From assembly GCA_026394025.1 (NCBI GenBank), contig JAPKZC010000317.1, forward strand, positions 1 to 34,462: a stretch of 34,462 nucleotides of DNA, written 5' to 3'. The DNA comes from Candidatus Solibacter sp. Its GTDB lineage: Bacteria; Acidobacteriota; Terriglobia; Bryobacterales; Bryobacteraceae. Position 1 is the stretch's first letter, and each line of letters begins with the position of its first letter. Below the pieces are notes generated by a model that did no database searches, was not told where the DNA came from, and saw only the letters and a list, made by a program, of their open reading frames with translations. The position numbers and the translations under genes were made by a program. This document shows positions 26,347 to 34,462 of the stretch, one piece after another.

Positions 26347-26597
26347 TGTACGCGGCAAAGGTGGCGCATGTGGCTCGCGGCGTCTCGACGAATGATGAGA
26401 ATACTGCTCCCCTGTTACGGGTCATGAGGTTTTTGACGCGCTCGACGTTGTTGGTGTCGATTGCCTGCTTGAGTTGCGCGATGGCATCCGGCTCTTGAGA
26501 ATCGTTCGGCATGGCCCCTCGTCCTTTGACGCCGCGGAAATCCTCCCGGAAACCGGCAGGTAGGGAGGGCGCCGGCGGATCAATTACCATAGTTTAC

Positions 26598-27692
26598 ATG
26601 CACGTTTCGGAAATTGACACGCCGGCCCTCGTGGTGGACCTCGATATCTTTGAGCGCAACCTGGCCCGCGTTGCGGACTACGCGCGCGAGCACGGCTTGC
26701 GCTTGCGGCCCCACACCAAGACCCACAAATCGGTGCGCCTTGCCAAACGGCAAATTGCCTCCGGCGCAGCGGGGCTCACGGTAGCCAAAGTCTCCGAAGC
26801 CGAAATCATGCTGGCCGCCGAACCCGATGACCTGCTAGTGGCCTACCCCATCATCGGTCACACCAAACTCGCGCGCCTCACCCAGGTCGCGCGCCAAACG
26901 CGCGTCACGGTGGCGCTGGACAGCACCTTCGCCGCCCGCCAGCTTTCCGACGCGGCCCGTGCCGCGCAGGTGGAGGTCGGCGTGCTCGCCGAAGTCGATG
27001 CCGGCCTCGGCCGCGTCGGCGTCGCCCCCGGCGAGCCGCTACTGCAACTCGCGCGGGCAATCGGGAAACTGCCCCATCTGCGCTTCGATGGGATCGCATT
27101 CTATCCCGGCCACATCAAGAGTCTGGATGAATCCGGCCTCCGCGCCCTCGCCCAACTCTCCGATCTTCTGCGCGGCATACACGAAGGCTTCCGTGCCGCC
27201 GGTATCGAAATCGCGACGGTCAGCGGCGGGTCCACGCCGACACTCTTCCACTCCCACGAAGTCCACGGGCTTACCGAGATCCGCCCCGGCACCTACGTGT
27301 TCAACGACCTCAACACCATTCGCAGCGGCGCGTGCACGCTGCAAGATTGCGCCGCCACCATCCTAGCCACCGTGGTATCCACCTCCCGCCCCGGACAGAT
27401 GATCATCGATGGCGGCTCCAAAACGTTTTCCTCGGACCGCCTGGCGAACACCGCCGAAGCGACGTTCGGGCATCTTGTGGAAGCTCCAGGAGCTCGCTTC
27501 CACAAGATGAACGAAGAGCACGGCTTCATCGACCTGTCCCACGCCGAGGCGGAGTTCAGCGTCGGCGACCGCGTCCGCGTCATCCCAAACCACATTTGCG
27601 TCGCCGTCAATCTCCACGAAAAGGTCCACGGCGTGCGCGGCGACTCGGTGGAGGAGGTGTGGCCGGTGGACGCCCGCGGGAAATTGCAGTAG
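26598..27692 (+). CDS. D-threonine aldolase / D-serine dehydratase-like PLP enzyme (alanine racemase N-terminal fold, D-TA family)
   Basis: Taken from the ATG at 26598 (MHVSEIDTPALVVDLDIFERNLARVADYAREHGLRLRPHTKTHKS...), giving 364 aa. It carries the PHxKTHK PLP-lysine motif and the C-terminal ...EEHGFI...GDRVRVIPNHICVAVNL typical of this family. Confidence 0.8.
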   Translation: MHVSEIDTPALVVDLDIFERNLARVADYAREHGLRLRPHTKTHKSVRLAKRQIASGAAGLTVAKVSEAEIMLAAEPDDLLVAYPIIGHTKLARLTQVARQTRVTVALDSTFAARQLSDAARAAQVEVGVLAEVDAGLGRVGVAPGEPLLQLARAIGKLPHLRFDGIAFYPGHIKSLDESGLRALAQLSDLLRGIHEGFRAAGIEIATVSGGSTPTLFHSHEVHGLTEIRPGTYVFNDLNTIRSGACTLQDCAATILATVVSTSRPGQMIIDGGSKTFSSDRLANTAEATFGHLVEAPGARFHKMNEEHGFIDLSHAEAEFSVGDRVRVIPNHICVAVNLHEKVHGVRGDSVEEVWPVDARGKLQ

Positions 27693-27742
27693 GACAGGCC
27701 TCCTGTGGCCTCCTGGCCTGTTTGGATGGGCGAGTAAAGCGG

Positions 27743-28663
27743 TCAGGCAAACGTCACGCTGTTTTCCGCCGCCACCTTCTGAATGTACTTCTTGCCCTCT
27801 TCGTATTCCTCGGCCGTCTTCAAGTGCTCCAGCATGAGCGGCGCATCCACCGGCAGCTTGGCGAGTTCCCGCCGGTACGCCGCGTAATCGAGACTGCCGC
27901 GTCCCGGAATTACTTCTACGAAATGCACGTTCAACTCCACCTTCCGCTCCAGGTCCTTGGCGTGGCAGGAGGCGATCCATGGACCCAGGGTGCTAAAACA
28001 CTCGCCAATGAATTCCGCGTTGCGGTAGAAGCGCGTGGGACTGTTGATACCATTGCACACGTCCATATGGACGCCGAAGGCCGGGCGGTCCACCGCCTTG
28101 ATCAGCTTCAAATAGCCGTCGGGACCATCGGGCACACTCCACCCCATGATCTCGAGGGTGAATTTGCTGCGCCTGGGTTTCACCGCATCGATCACGTTCC
28201 GGCAATTCTCCACGGTGGCGTCGAAGAACTCCTGGCTGAGATTCTTCGGGTGCGGGCCGTACCAGGACGCGGGGTTGTATGAGCCCGCGATATCCACGCA
28301 GCAGCGCGCGCCCACCGCCTCGGCGAGCGCCATGCGCTGCGCCACGTACTGCCGGTTCTCGCGGCGCTTATCGGCGTCGGGGTCCATCATGTTCTTCCAG
28401 GCGCCCACTTCGGCGATCACCACGTTCTCCGCCGCGAAGGCTTTCACAATCTCCTGATTGCGCGCCGCGTCCTCCACCTTGGACTCGGGACAGTAAGCCG
28501 CACTGTAACCCAGGCGGCGATGCTCGCGCGCCAGTTCCCGCGGGTCGTCGTTCTTCTTGAAGATGGGACCGCCCAAACGGACGGCGCGCGCCGCGGCCGG
28601 CGCCGAGCGGCCCGCCGCCAACACACCGGCCGCGGCCAGGAAAGTTCTTCGCGTCGAGATCAT
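27743..28663 (-). CDS. Tat-exported sugar phosphate isomerase/epimerase-like (xylose isomerase-like TIM barrel) protein
   Basis: 306 aa with a twin-arginine signal (STRRTFLAAAGVLAAG). The body has the AP-endonuclease-2/xylose-isomerase-like TIM-barrel pattern (...FTLEIMGW..., ...ASCHAKD..., ...PLMLEHL...). Confidence 0.75.
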   Translation of the reverse strand: MISTRRTFLAAAGVLAAGRSAPAAARAVRLGGPIFKKNDDPRELAREHRRLGYSAAYCPESKVEDAARNQEIVKAFAAENVVIAEVGAWKNMMDPDADKRRENRQYVAQRMALAEAVGARCCVDIAGSYNPASWYGPHPKNLSQEFFDATVENCRNVIDAVKPRRSKFTLEIMGWSVPDGPDGYLKLIKAVDRPAFGVHMDVCNGINSPTRFYRNAEFIGECFSTLGPWIASCHAKDLERKVELNVHFVEVIPGRGSLDYAAYRRELAKLPVDAPLMLEHLKTAEEYEEGKKYIQKVAAENSVTFA

Positions 28664-28727
28664 GCAACGATTTTATCCATCTCTCCACTCGCGCGGGCGG
28701 CGGGTCGTGTGGCGAACGCTTCACTGC

Positions 28728-28736
28728 TGGTATATT
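28728..28736 (+). promoter_or_regulatory. Extended -10-like element TGGTATATT, 7 nt upstream of the DinB-family ATG (possible leaderless mRNA)
   Basis: Read directly: ctgcTGGTATATTgtggtccATGagc. Based on the motif only. Confidence 0.3.
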
Positions 28737-28743
28737 GTGGTCC

Positions 28744-29220
28744 ATGAGCCCTGAGTGCCAATACTACGACTTTGCCAACCAGTTGCTCTCCAGCAAGGAA
28801 TTCTTCGAGCGCTCTACCAGAGTCCTCGATGAGGCAGACTCCGGCTTCCGTCCGCAGGACGGCATGATGACCGTCGGGCAGCACGTCGCGCACACGGCGC
28901 AGACTCTCGATTGGTTCATCGAGGGCGCATCCCGGCCTGAGGGTTTCGACCTCGATTTCGAGAAACACGCCAAGGCCCTCGATAGCATGACCTCGCTCTC
29001 CACCGCCCGCCAGATGCTCGAGACGGCATATGCGAACGCAATCCACTTTCTGCGCTCGCAGGATCTGGCACGGCCACTGCCGCCGGGCCCGGTCATGGGC
29101 GGCCAACCCATCAGCGAAATCGTGTGGGCCATGGTCGAACACACCGCGCATCATCGCCGCGCTCTAACCGTCTACTCCCGCCAACTCGGAAAAGTGCCCC
29201 CGATGCCTTACGGTGGCTGA
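28744..29220 (+). CDS. DinB-family (DinB_2-like four-helix-bundle) protein
   Basis: MSPECQYYDFANQLLSSKEFFERSTRVL...TVGQHVAHTAQTLDWF...IVWAMVEHTAHHRRALTVYSRQLG shows the conserved His triad pattern of the DinB superfamily. The ORF track starts 3 codons earlier, at a TTG (28735). Confidence 0.75.
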   Translation: MSPECQYYDFANQLLSSKEFFERSTRVLDEADSGFRPQDGMMTVGQHVAHTAQTLDWFIEGASRPEGFDLDFEKHAKALDSMTSLSTARQMLETAYANAIHFLRSQDLARPLPPGPVMGGQPISEIVWAMVEHTAHHRRALTVYSRQLGKVPPMPYGG

Positions 29221-29235
29221 AGGGACCGCATCGAG

Positions 29236-32200
29236 CTACTCCCAGGCGCAGAGCGAATCGGTGTATGCGGCGGAGCCGTCGCGCAGCCAGGCGTCGAGTT
29301 GCGCGGGCTCTTTCAACTGCTGGCCGCGCTGGCGAGGCACCGCGATGAAGCGGCAGTGCAGTTCCGGGAGCGCGGTCATATCTCCCCAAAGCTTTTCGAA
29401 TTGCGCCACGGGGAAGACGTCCTCCTGACCTTTCCCCCAGCGCTTCTTCACGTCCTTGAGGGTGATGTAGGTGGGCATGCGCGCGGCCACGGCACGCACC
29501 GCATCGTTGACGCGGCCGCTATCGGCGAGCGTCCCGCGGGTCAGGCCGAAGACATCCAGCAGGCGATCGATATCCACCCAATAAGTGGCGCTATTGTAAT
29601 AAGACAGGCGCGATTCGAGTTCGTCGTCGGGCAGGGCCAGGCCCTCCACGAGGCGCACGCGGTCGTCAACCCGGGCGAGTCCGCCGCCGCGATCTTCCAG
29701 GTGGCGCGCAATCACTTCGGTGGTGAGCCCCGCGCCGCTGGCGATGTGCTGGCCCAGCAGCGCGGCGTCCACGTCCACCGCGGCGGTATCGATATTGTGC
29801 ACCAACAAATGATTCAGTTGTGGCCGCTCCGCGAGAAGGCGAAGCATCGTGCCGTTGCGCAGCAGGTTGGGCACTTCATACCAGTGCCCCACCGGATGGA
29901 GGCACTGCATGGGCAGATTGCCGGTATAGTTCGAGCCCTCTCCCGCCTGCGCGGCCCACCTGATAAGCGCGGCGTGCAAGCCCTCGCGGACCTTCTGCGC
30001 CTGCTCGTCCAGCATTTGTTGCGGCATCTCTTCCCAGGCAAAACGCAGGTCGCGCTCCATGGGGACCATGCGCAGGCCGATGATGCGTCCGGGCGATAGC
30101 AGCAGCGGGCCGGGGTAATGGCAATTGCCTTCGCGGGCGAGATGCTGCGCAATGGCATCATGCGTCAGGTAACTGGTGGTGACGATGTGCGGCAACAAAG
30201 TACCGCATTCGCGGCCCACGCGCAGGCTCTTAGCCAGATGCACTTCGATGAAGTTGCGGTGCCGCCCGCCGAGCTTGCAGAACGGGTTGAGCGCCTTGAC
30301 CGCGCCCGCGCCCTTGGTCCAGCGGCTGCCCACGCCGCCGGCGAGAGAGACCACGGCGACGCGTCCTTCGGTCAGCGCCTGCATGCCGAGAGCGCGATGG
30401 CGGGGATCGAGATCGTCCGGAGCCGCATCCTGAATGTGGCTGGTGACGGGCAGGCGATTCTGTGCGAGGCCAATGCGGCCGGAACGCAGATCGGTCTGGA
30501 CCTGCTCGTGCTGCACGCGGTCGAAGCCGTGGGTTTCGAGCAACGCTTCCAGGCTCAGAGCGCGGCCGGTCTGCTGAACCTGCGCGCGCGGCAGCAGGTG
30601 ATCGAAGAGGTTGTGCACCATGCCGGAGAAATCTTCCACGTTGCGGCAGGCGGCGGTGAAGCGTTCGAGTTCCGCGCGGCGTCCGGCGGAGAGGTTGCGC
30701 GATTCGGTGCGCAACAGCGGAGGCACGGCGAGCGTGTAATATCCGGCGGGCATGAGGGCGCTCTCGCCCGTGAGCATCCCCGCCTCGGTGCCGCGCTCAT
30801 TGATGGCGAAATTGTAGACCACCGGTTCCATGGCGAACGGCACCGAGTGCTCCATGTCGCGTTTGGTTTCGCTCATGATAGCCTGCATACGCTGCTGCGC
30901 TTCGGGCTTGCGCCGCGGGCTGAAGAGGAATCCCATGCCGCCGCCGGACATGCCGCCGAGCATCCAGAATCCCCAGAAGTGCTCGCCGAATTCGGCGCGC
31001 GCGCGGCGGATCAAGGTATCGGTATACAGGTTGCCGGCCCAGGGAATGATGGTCTGGATGGGTCCGTCGAAGTTCTTCTGGGTACACGCCCCAACGGCGC
31101 CGATATCGCCGTGCTCCAGGTGTCTCACCACTTCATCGAGGATGCCCATGGCCTGTTTGCGGCCCTGCCATTCGGTCTCCGAGCGCAGCAGGTATTTCTC
31201 GGTCACCATCTCCAGGATGGGCCCCACGTCCTGCGCCATGCCGCCGTGCACCAGCACGAGGCTCTGCTGCAATTTCTCGCGCGTCGATTGCGAAACCCGG
31301 TCGACGTTGAAGATCTCATGGTTGGGCAGCAGGCAGCCGCGGCTGATGCCGAATTCCGGGTCGCCCTCGCCCGCCTTGACGCCGTGGATCAACTTGATTC
31401 CCGGCCAGACGCCGCCGGAATCCTGCCAGCCGCCGCCGCTGCCGCCGAGCCATTCGCCTAGGATGGCGCGCGCGGCCACCAGACGGCGGTCGTGTTCCTC
31501 GAGTGAGCCGGTGAGCGCGTGGATCTGGTTGGTGGCGCGCATGCACACGGCAATCAGGCAGGCCAGCAAATTGGTGGAGACGGCGAGGCGCGAGCCCTTC
31601 GGAATGTCATTCACCTTGCTGACGATTTCGATGCCGTGGCCGGGCTTGCCGGTAAGCTGCGCAAGCAGTTCGGAGAGTGGCTGGGTGGCCCCCTCCATGC
31701 CCGGAGGCACAAGGCCGCTGGCGATTACGGCGGCCTTCAACAGGCCGAGATAGTCGCGCGCGAAATCGAAGACCTCGGCGATCGAGGTGACGTCGGCCGA
31801 GGCATGCAGATCCACGCTGGTGAGGCGCAGTACGGGTTCGTCGATGACGCGGAAGTAGGCTTCCACCGGCGGTTTCGGCTCGCCATCCTGCGTAGCGGCG
31901 CTGCGCACGGCGAGATCGATGGAGATGTTCAGCACTCGGGCGCCTTCGGGGAAATCCATGCCGAGGAAGAAAATGTCACTCCAGCCGCTGTGGGTCAGGT
32001 CCATGCGGACTGGTGTGGTTTCGCGCAGGATGGGGAAGACGGGCGCGCCGGCAAGAAGTTCGGGGCGCAGGCCCAGCGGGTAGTCGGCGGGATGCCCGGC
32101 ACGGAACATCCACTGGTTGCCGCGCACGCTGCGCACGCTGCGGCGCACCTGGTCGGCCAGCGTCTGGAAGGCGAGAGATTTGTAGCCGGCGGCGAGGGCG

Positions 32201-32538
32201 CTGGAGATGGCGGCGCTGCTCCCGCGCTCGGCTTGCGCGGCCAGGAAGAGGTCAATGGCCTCTTCGAAGCGGCGCTTGAGCAGGTTGGAATATCCTGTGA
32301 AGGGAATCTGCGCGGGCGTGCAGGCGGCGGGGCGCAAGGGAATGTGGAAGCGGTGTATGGCGTAGAGGAAGAAGAGCGCGCGCACGCGTTCGTAGAGGTT
32401 ATCGTTGGTGCGGCGGAAACGGTCGAGCGCCTGGCACTCGGCGAGTAACTCTTCGAGCGGCAAGTGGCGGCAGAGAGCGTCGAGCGAGCGGTCGCGCTGC
32501 TCGCCGCTCGCGGTAATCACGCCGGTGAGCAGGCTCAC
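29236..32538 (-). CDS. 1100-aa fusion: N-terminal region with a fucokinase-type GHMP-kinase-like module plus a C-terminal UDPGP-family sugar-1-phosphate nucleotidyltransferase-like module
   Basis: The GTG start overlaps the upstream stop (GTGA at 32535..32538). GHMP-like elements: [22 protein letters not shown] (degenerate motif II), [20 protein letters not shown] (fucokinase-type GGGWQD), [12 protein letters not shown]. The C-terminal ~450 aa has [27 protein letters not shown], a nucleotidyltransferase L-x-G-G-x-G-x-R loop, in a UDPGP-like context. Confidence 0.65.
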   Translation of the reverse strand: MSLLTGVITASGEQRDRSLDALCRHLPLEELLAECQALDRFRRTNDNLYERVRALFFLYAIHRFHIPLRPAACTPAQIPFTGYSNLLKRRFEEAIDLFLAAQAERGSSAAISSALAAGYKSLAFQTLADQVRRSVRSVRGNQWMFRAGHPADYPLGLRPELLAGAPVFPILRETTPVRMDLTHSGWSDIFFLGMDFPEGARVLNISIDLAVRSAATQDGEPKPPVEAYFRVIDEPVLRLTSVDLHASADVTSIAEVFDFARDYLGLLKAAVIASGLVPPGMEGATQPLSELLAQLTGKPGHGIEIVSKVNDIPKGSRLAVSTNLLACLIAVCMRATNQIHALTGSLEEHDRRLVAARAILGEWLGGSGGGWQDSGGVWPGIKLIHGVKAGEGDPEFGISRGCLLPNHEIFNVDRVSQSTREKLQQSLVLVHGGMAQDVGPILEMVTEKYLLRSETEWQGRKQAMGILDEVVRHLEHGDIGAVGACTQKNFDGPIQTIIPWAGNLYTDTLIRRARAEFGEHFWGFWMLGGMSGGGMGFLFSPRRKPEAQQRMQAIMSETKRDMEHSVPFAMEPVVYNFAINERGTEAGMLTGESALMPAGYYTLAVPPLLRTESRNLSAGRRAELERFTAACRNVEDFSGMVHNLFDHLLPRAQVQQTGRALSLEALLETHGFDRVQHEQVQTDLRSGRIGLAQNRLPVTSHIQDAAPDDLDPRHRALGMQALTEGRVAVVSLAGGVGSRWTKGAGAVKALNPFCKLGGRHRNFIEVHLAKSLRVGRECGTLLPHIVTTSYLTHDAIAQHLAREGNCHYPGPLLLSPGRIIGLRMVPMERDLRFAWEEMPQQMLDEQAQKVREGLHAALIRWAAQAGEGSNYTGNLPMQCLHPVGHWYEVPNLLRNGTMLRLLAERPQLNHLLVHNIDTAAVDVDAALLGQHIASGAGLTTEVIARHLEDRGGGLARVDDRVRLVEGLALPDDELESRLSYYNSATYWVDIDRLLDVFGLTRGTLADSGRVNDAVRAVAARMPTYITLKDVKKRWGKGQEDVFPVAQFEKLWGDMTALPELHCRFIAVPRQRGQQLKEPAQLDAWLRDGSAAYTDSLCAWE

Positions 32539-33374
32539 TGGCGGGCTCCTCCCGCGGCGGCGCGCAATTCGCGATCGGCGAGGAGTTCGAGCATTTGGGA
32601 GAGCACTTGCACGCGATCCTGCCCGTTGAGGGCCAATGCCAGTTGGGCGACCAGCAGTCCGTAGCGCGCGCCCAGATCGTAGCGGCGGCCCTCATCTTCC
32701 AGCGCGAGGAACTGCTCATGCCGCGCCAGTTCGGCAAGCGCGGCGGAAAGCGTGGGAGCGCCCTTTTCGAGGAATTCCATCACCGTGGGGGTAAGCACGT
32801 GGATACCGAAGAAGCAGAGGTAGTAGCCGGCGCGAATGCCGGGCACCATGAGACGCTGCTCGGCCTCGGTGGGAGTAGGCTTCTCGATAACGGTATCGAC
32901 GCGGTAGAGGTCGCTCCGGCCCTCAACGCGGCGTCCGGCGACGGTGCCGAAGCGCGGCAGCAGGCTCTCGCGCGTGGGCTGCACGCCGGAGACGGAGCAT
33001 TCCGCGGCTTCGGCGAGCGCCAGCAGGCGGTGGGCGGGGGGCTCCGTGCCGGCGGAAATGTAGAGATGGTCGCCCACCATGTGGAGGAAGGCGTCGGCGC
33101 CGGTGAACCCGCGGGCGCAGAGGATGGCGTTGCCATAGCCCTTCGGCTCGGGCTGGGGGACAAAACGCACCGCGGAAGCGTGCCGGCCGGCGGCGTCGGC
33201 GTAGCGGGCCTCGTCGCCGGGCCAGACGACGACGCAGATCTGCGCTGAGAGCGCCTGCTCGATCAGGATACTGAGAACGGGTTTCTCCTGCCCGTCGCGA
33301 TCGATGAGGGTCTGTAGCGGCAGCGCGCGCTGGCTCTGCCCGGCGGCGGTAATGACTGCTTTCTTGATGCGCAA
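32535..33374 (-). CDS. GalU-like sugar-1-phosphate nucleotidyltransferase homolog with a degenerate G-x-G-T-R loop
   Basis: The start is taken at the TTG at 33374 ([23 protein letters not shown]...), preceded by AGGAGC (reverse complement of 33379..33384). The ORF track starts 15 codons earlier, at a TTG (33419). It resembles UTP-glucose-1-phosphate uridylyltransferases (KAVIPAAGLGTRFLP...; ...EKP...; ...YDLG...), but the signature loop reads AAGQSQR. Confidence 0.7.
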   Translation of the reverse strand: MRIKKAVITAAGQSQRALPLQTLIDRDGQEKPVLSILIEQALSAQICVVVWPGDEARYADAAGRHASAVRFVPQPEPKGYGNAILCARGFTGADAFLHMVGDHLYISAGTEPPAHRLLALAEAAECSVSGVQPTRESLLPRFGTVAGRRVEGRSDLYRVDTVIEKPTPTEAEQRLMVPGIRAGYYLCFFGIHVLTPTVMEFLEKGAPTLSAALAELARHEQFLALEDEGRRYDLGARYGLLVAQLALALNGQDRVQVLSQMLELLADRELRAAAGGARQ

Positions 33375-34462
33375 AGAAGCTCCTGGGTGGGCAGACGCGA
33401 AGAGCTGCCCAGAAAACAATTGTAGCCCTCAGTGGCGACGGCTCCGCATTGGGCAGGGTGGATGACCGGGGACGGCCGGGGCTGGGTGAGTTGTGACGCA
33501 AACAGCGGGAGCTAGAGGGATTTCTCGTAGTGTGTAAGGTTCTTTTTTTGCTGCGGGTTGCGGGGAGGGCGGGAGATTCTGTGACGCAAACCGGAGGATC
33601 TCCCGGACGCCTCCGAGGGTACGGTGACCGGGGGATTGGGTGGAGGCCAGAAAGGCCGTCGGATTTGGGTGGGGTGCACATCTCGCCAATTCGAGCCTAG
33701 CACTGGGCCTGGACAGAGTCCGACTTTCAGATCTGCAAGTACCTGAAAAGATGGAAAAAAGAAAGGTGAAGTTTGCGTGATGGACTTGCAGAACTCGGCA
33801 CGAATTCGGGGTGTGCCCTTCCTGGTGGGGTTGGCGGCTCGGATTTTTGGAGAGCAAATTGCCGTCTACGGGGTTTTGCCGCGAGCCTGCGAGGTAGATG
33901 CTCTATTGATTGGGGTTCAATAAACACGTTCTTTGAATCCGCTTTACAATGCAAAGTACGAGCCCAAAGTACGGGCCGCAGGTGGGCGGCGGGAGGGCCA
34001 AAGGTCAATGGACGACAATGCCACTTTCGAGGAACTTGCCATGGACGGTTCCCAACGGGGTTCGTAAACACTAGCGTTTTTGGCGGGCGATCCGGTCAAC
34101 ACATTTGGCCCGCGTGGGGCCACTCTACGAGAAGGCGGTATCACGGCCCCAATCGGGTTGGCAACCCAATCCGGCCGGTGTTGGAAGGCGTTTGACTACC
34201 TGGCACAGGCCGCTTCGGGACCACTACCGATTGGCCATCCAGAGTTATCGCATCGCCCGACTGGCGCTTTGCGAAACCTGTTTTCACGCAGGGCATCTTG
34301 CGGTAGGCCGCAGTAGCAGCATTACAGCGCGATTTCCGCCGCGCCTGGCTCCGTTCATGGAAATTCTCAACCGGCATCAGGTCACTGCCGGACTGGCCGT
34401 CAACTCCGATGTCCTTGCCGGATGTGACACCACTTCTCGCCCCTGTCCGCCGAAACTAGAAA

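Noticed and set aside
26243-26590. A 115-aa minus-strand ORF. Its stretch MPNDSQEPDAIAQLKQAIDTNNVERVKNLMTRN (from 26512) resembles the start of an ankyrin-type or helical-repeat protein.
   Set aside because: Only about 35 residues look protein-like. The rest runs antisense into the 3' end of the permease gene. It could be a remnant of a truncated gene, but there is too little sequence to support a call.
34368-34462. A possible CDS start (ATG at 34368) running off the right edge.
   Set aside because: Only 31 codons are visible, with no clear ribosome-binding site and no recognisable motif. I mention it in a finding but do not call it as a feature.
1-34462. A search for CRISPR arrays, tRNA/rRNA/tmRNA genes, transposases or integrases, and long terminal inverted repeats.
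   Set aside because: - There are no regularly spaced direct repeats.
- No T-loop (GGTTCGAATCC-like) contexts sit within a cloverleaf-sized structure.
- No ORF has DDE, tyrosine-recombinase or serine-recombinase motifs.
- The only repeats seen are the two short tandem duplications and the 12-mer near 33.5 kb.

Overview
This is a high-GC bacterial chromosomal segment. Spot counts of 60-nt lines outside the left end give about 70-78% GC. It is most likely Acidobacteriota, judged from an ADOP-type duplicated MacB/FtsX permease and many Tat-signal exported enzymes. No database search was possible.

The core region (7.4-33.4 kb) is mostly ordinary housekeeping and metabolic genes:
- NCS1 and MFS transporters, a TPR protein, a large membrane protein and a YdcF-like protein
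- a TrmH-family methyltransferase, rarA and rlmN
- a galK / SSS symporter / GH109-like operon
- an M16 peptidase, an ADOP permease, a D-threonine-aldolase-like PLP enzyme, a sugar-phosphate isomerase-like TIM barrel and a DinB-family protein
- a 1100-aa GHMP-kinase-like/UDPGP-like fusion with a GalU-like partner

The left 7.3 kb stands out. It is a lower-GC island (about 53-58% in spot counts) with these genes:
- a 799-aa protein with an N-terminal TIR domain fused to a C-terminal DUF89/ARMT1-like phosphatase-like domain
- a small HAD / soluble-P-type-ATPase-like gene
- a minus-strand operon of a membrane-anchored NACHT NTPase with HEAT repeats, a YfcE/MJ0936-type metallophosphoesterase, and a second stand-alone DUF89-like paralog. 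That paralog runs off the left edge and is missing from the supplied ORF track.

I regard this TIR/NACHT/phosphoesterase cluster as the candidate undescribed immune or signalling system.

Separately, four core genes between 12.5 and 24.3 kb are broken by small indels:
- an exact 10-bp tandem duplication in a hypothetical exported protein gene
- an exact 8-bp tandem duplication in rarA
- two inferred deletions of roughly 35-45 nt, one in rlmN and one in the ADOP permease

I found no rRNA, tRNA, CRISPR array, transposase or integrase. Many long ORFs in the track are antisense shadows typical of high-GC DNA.
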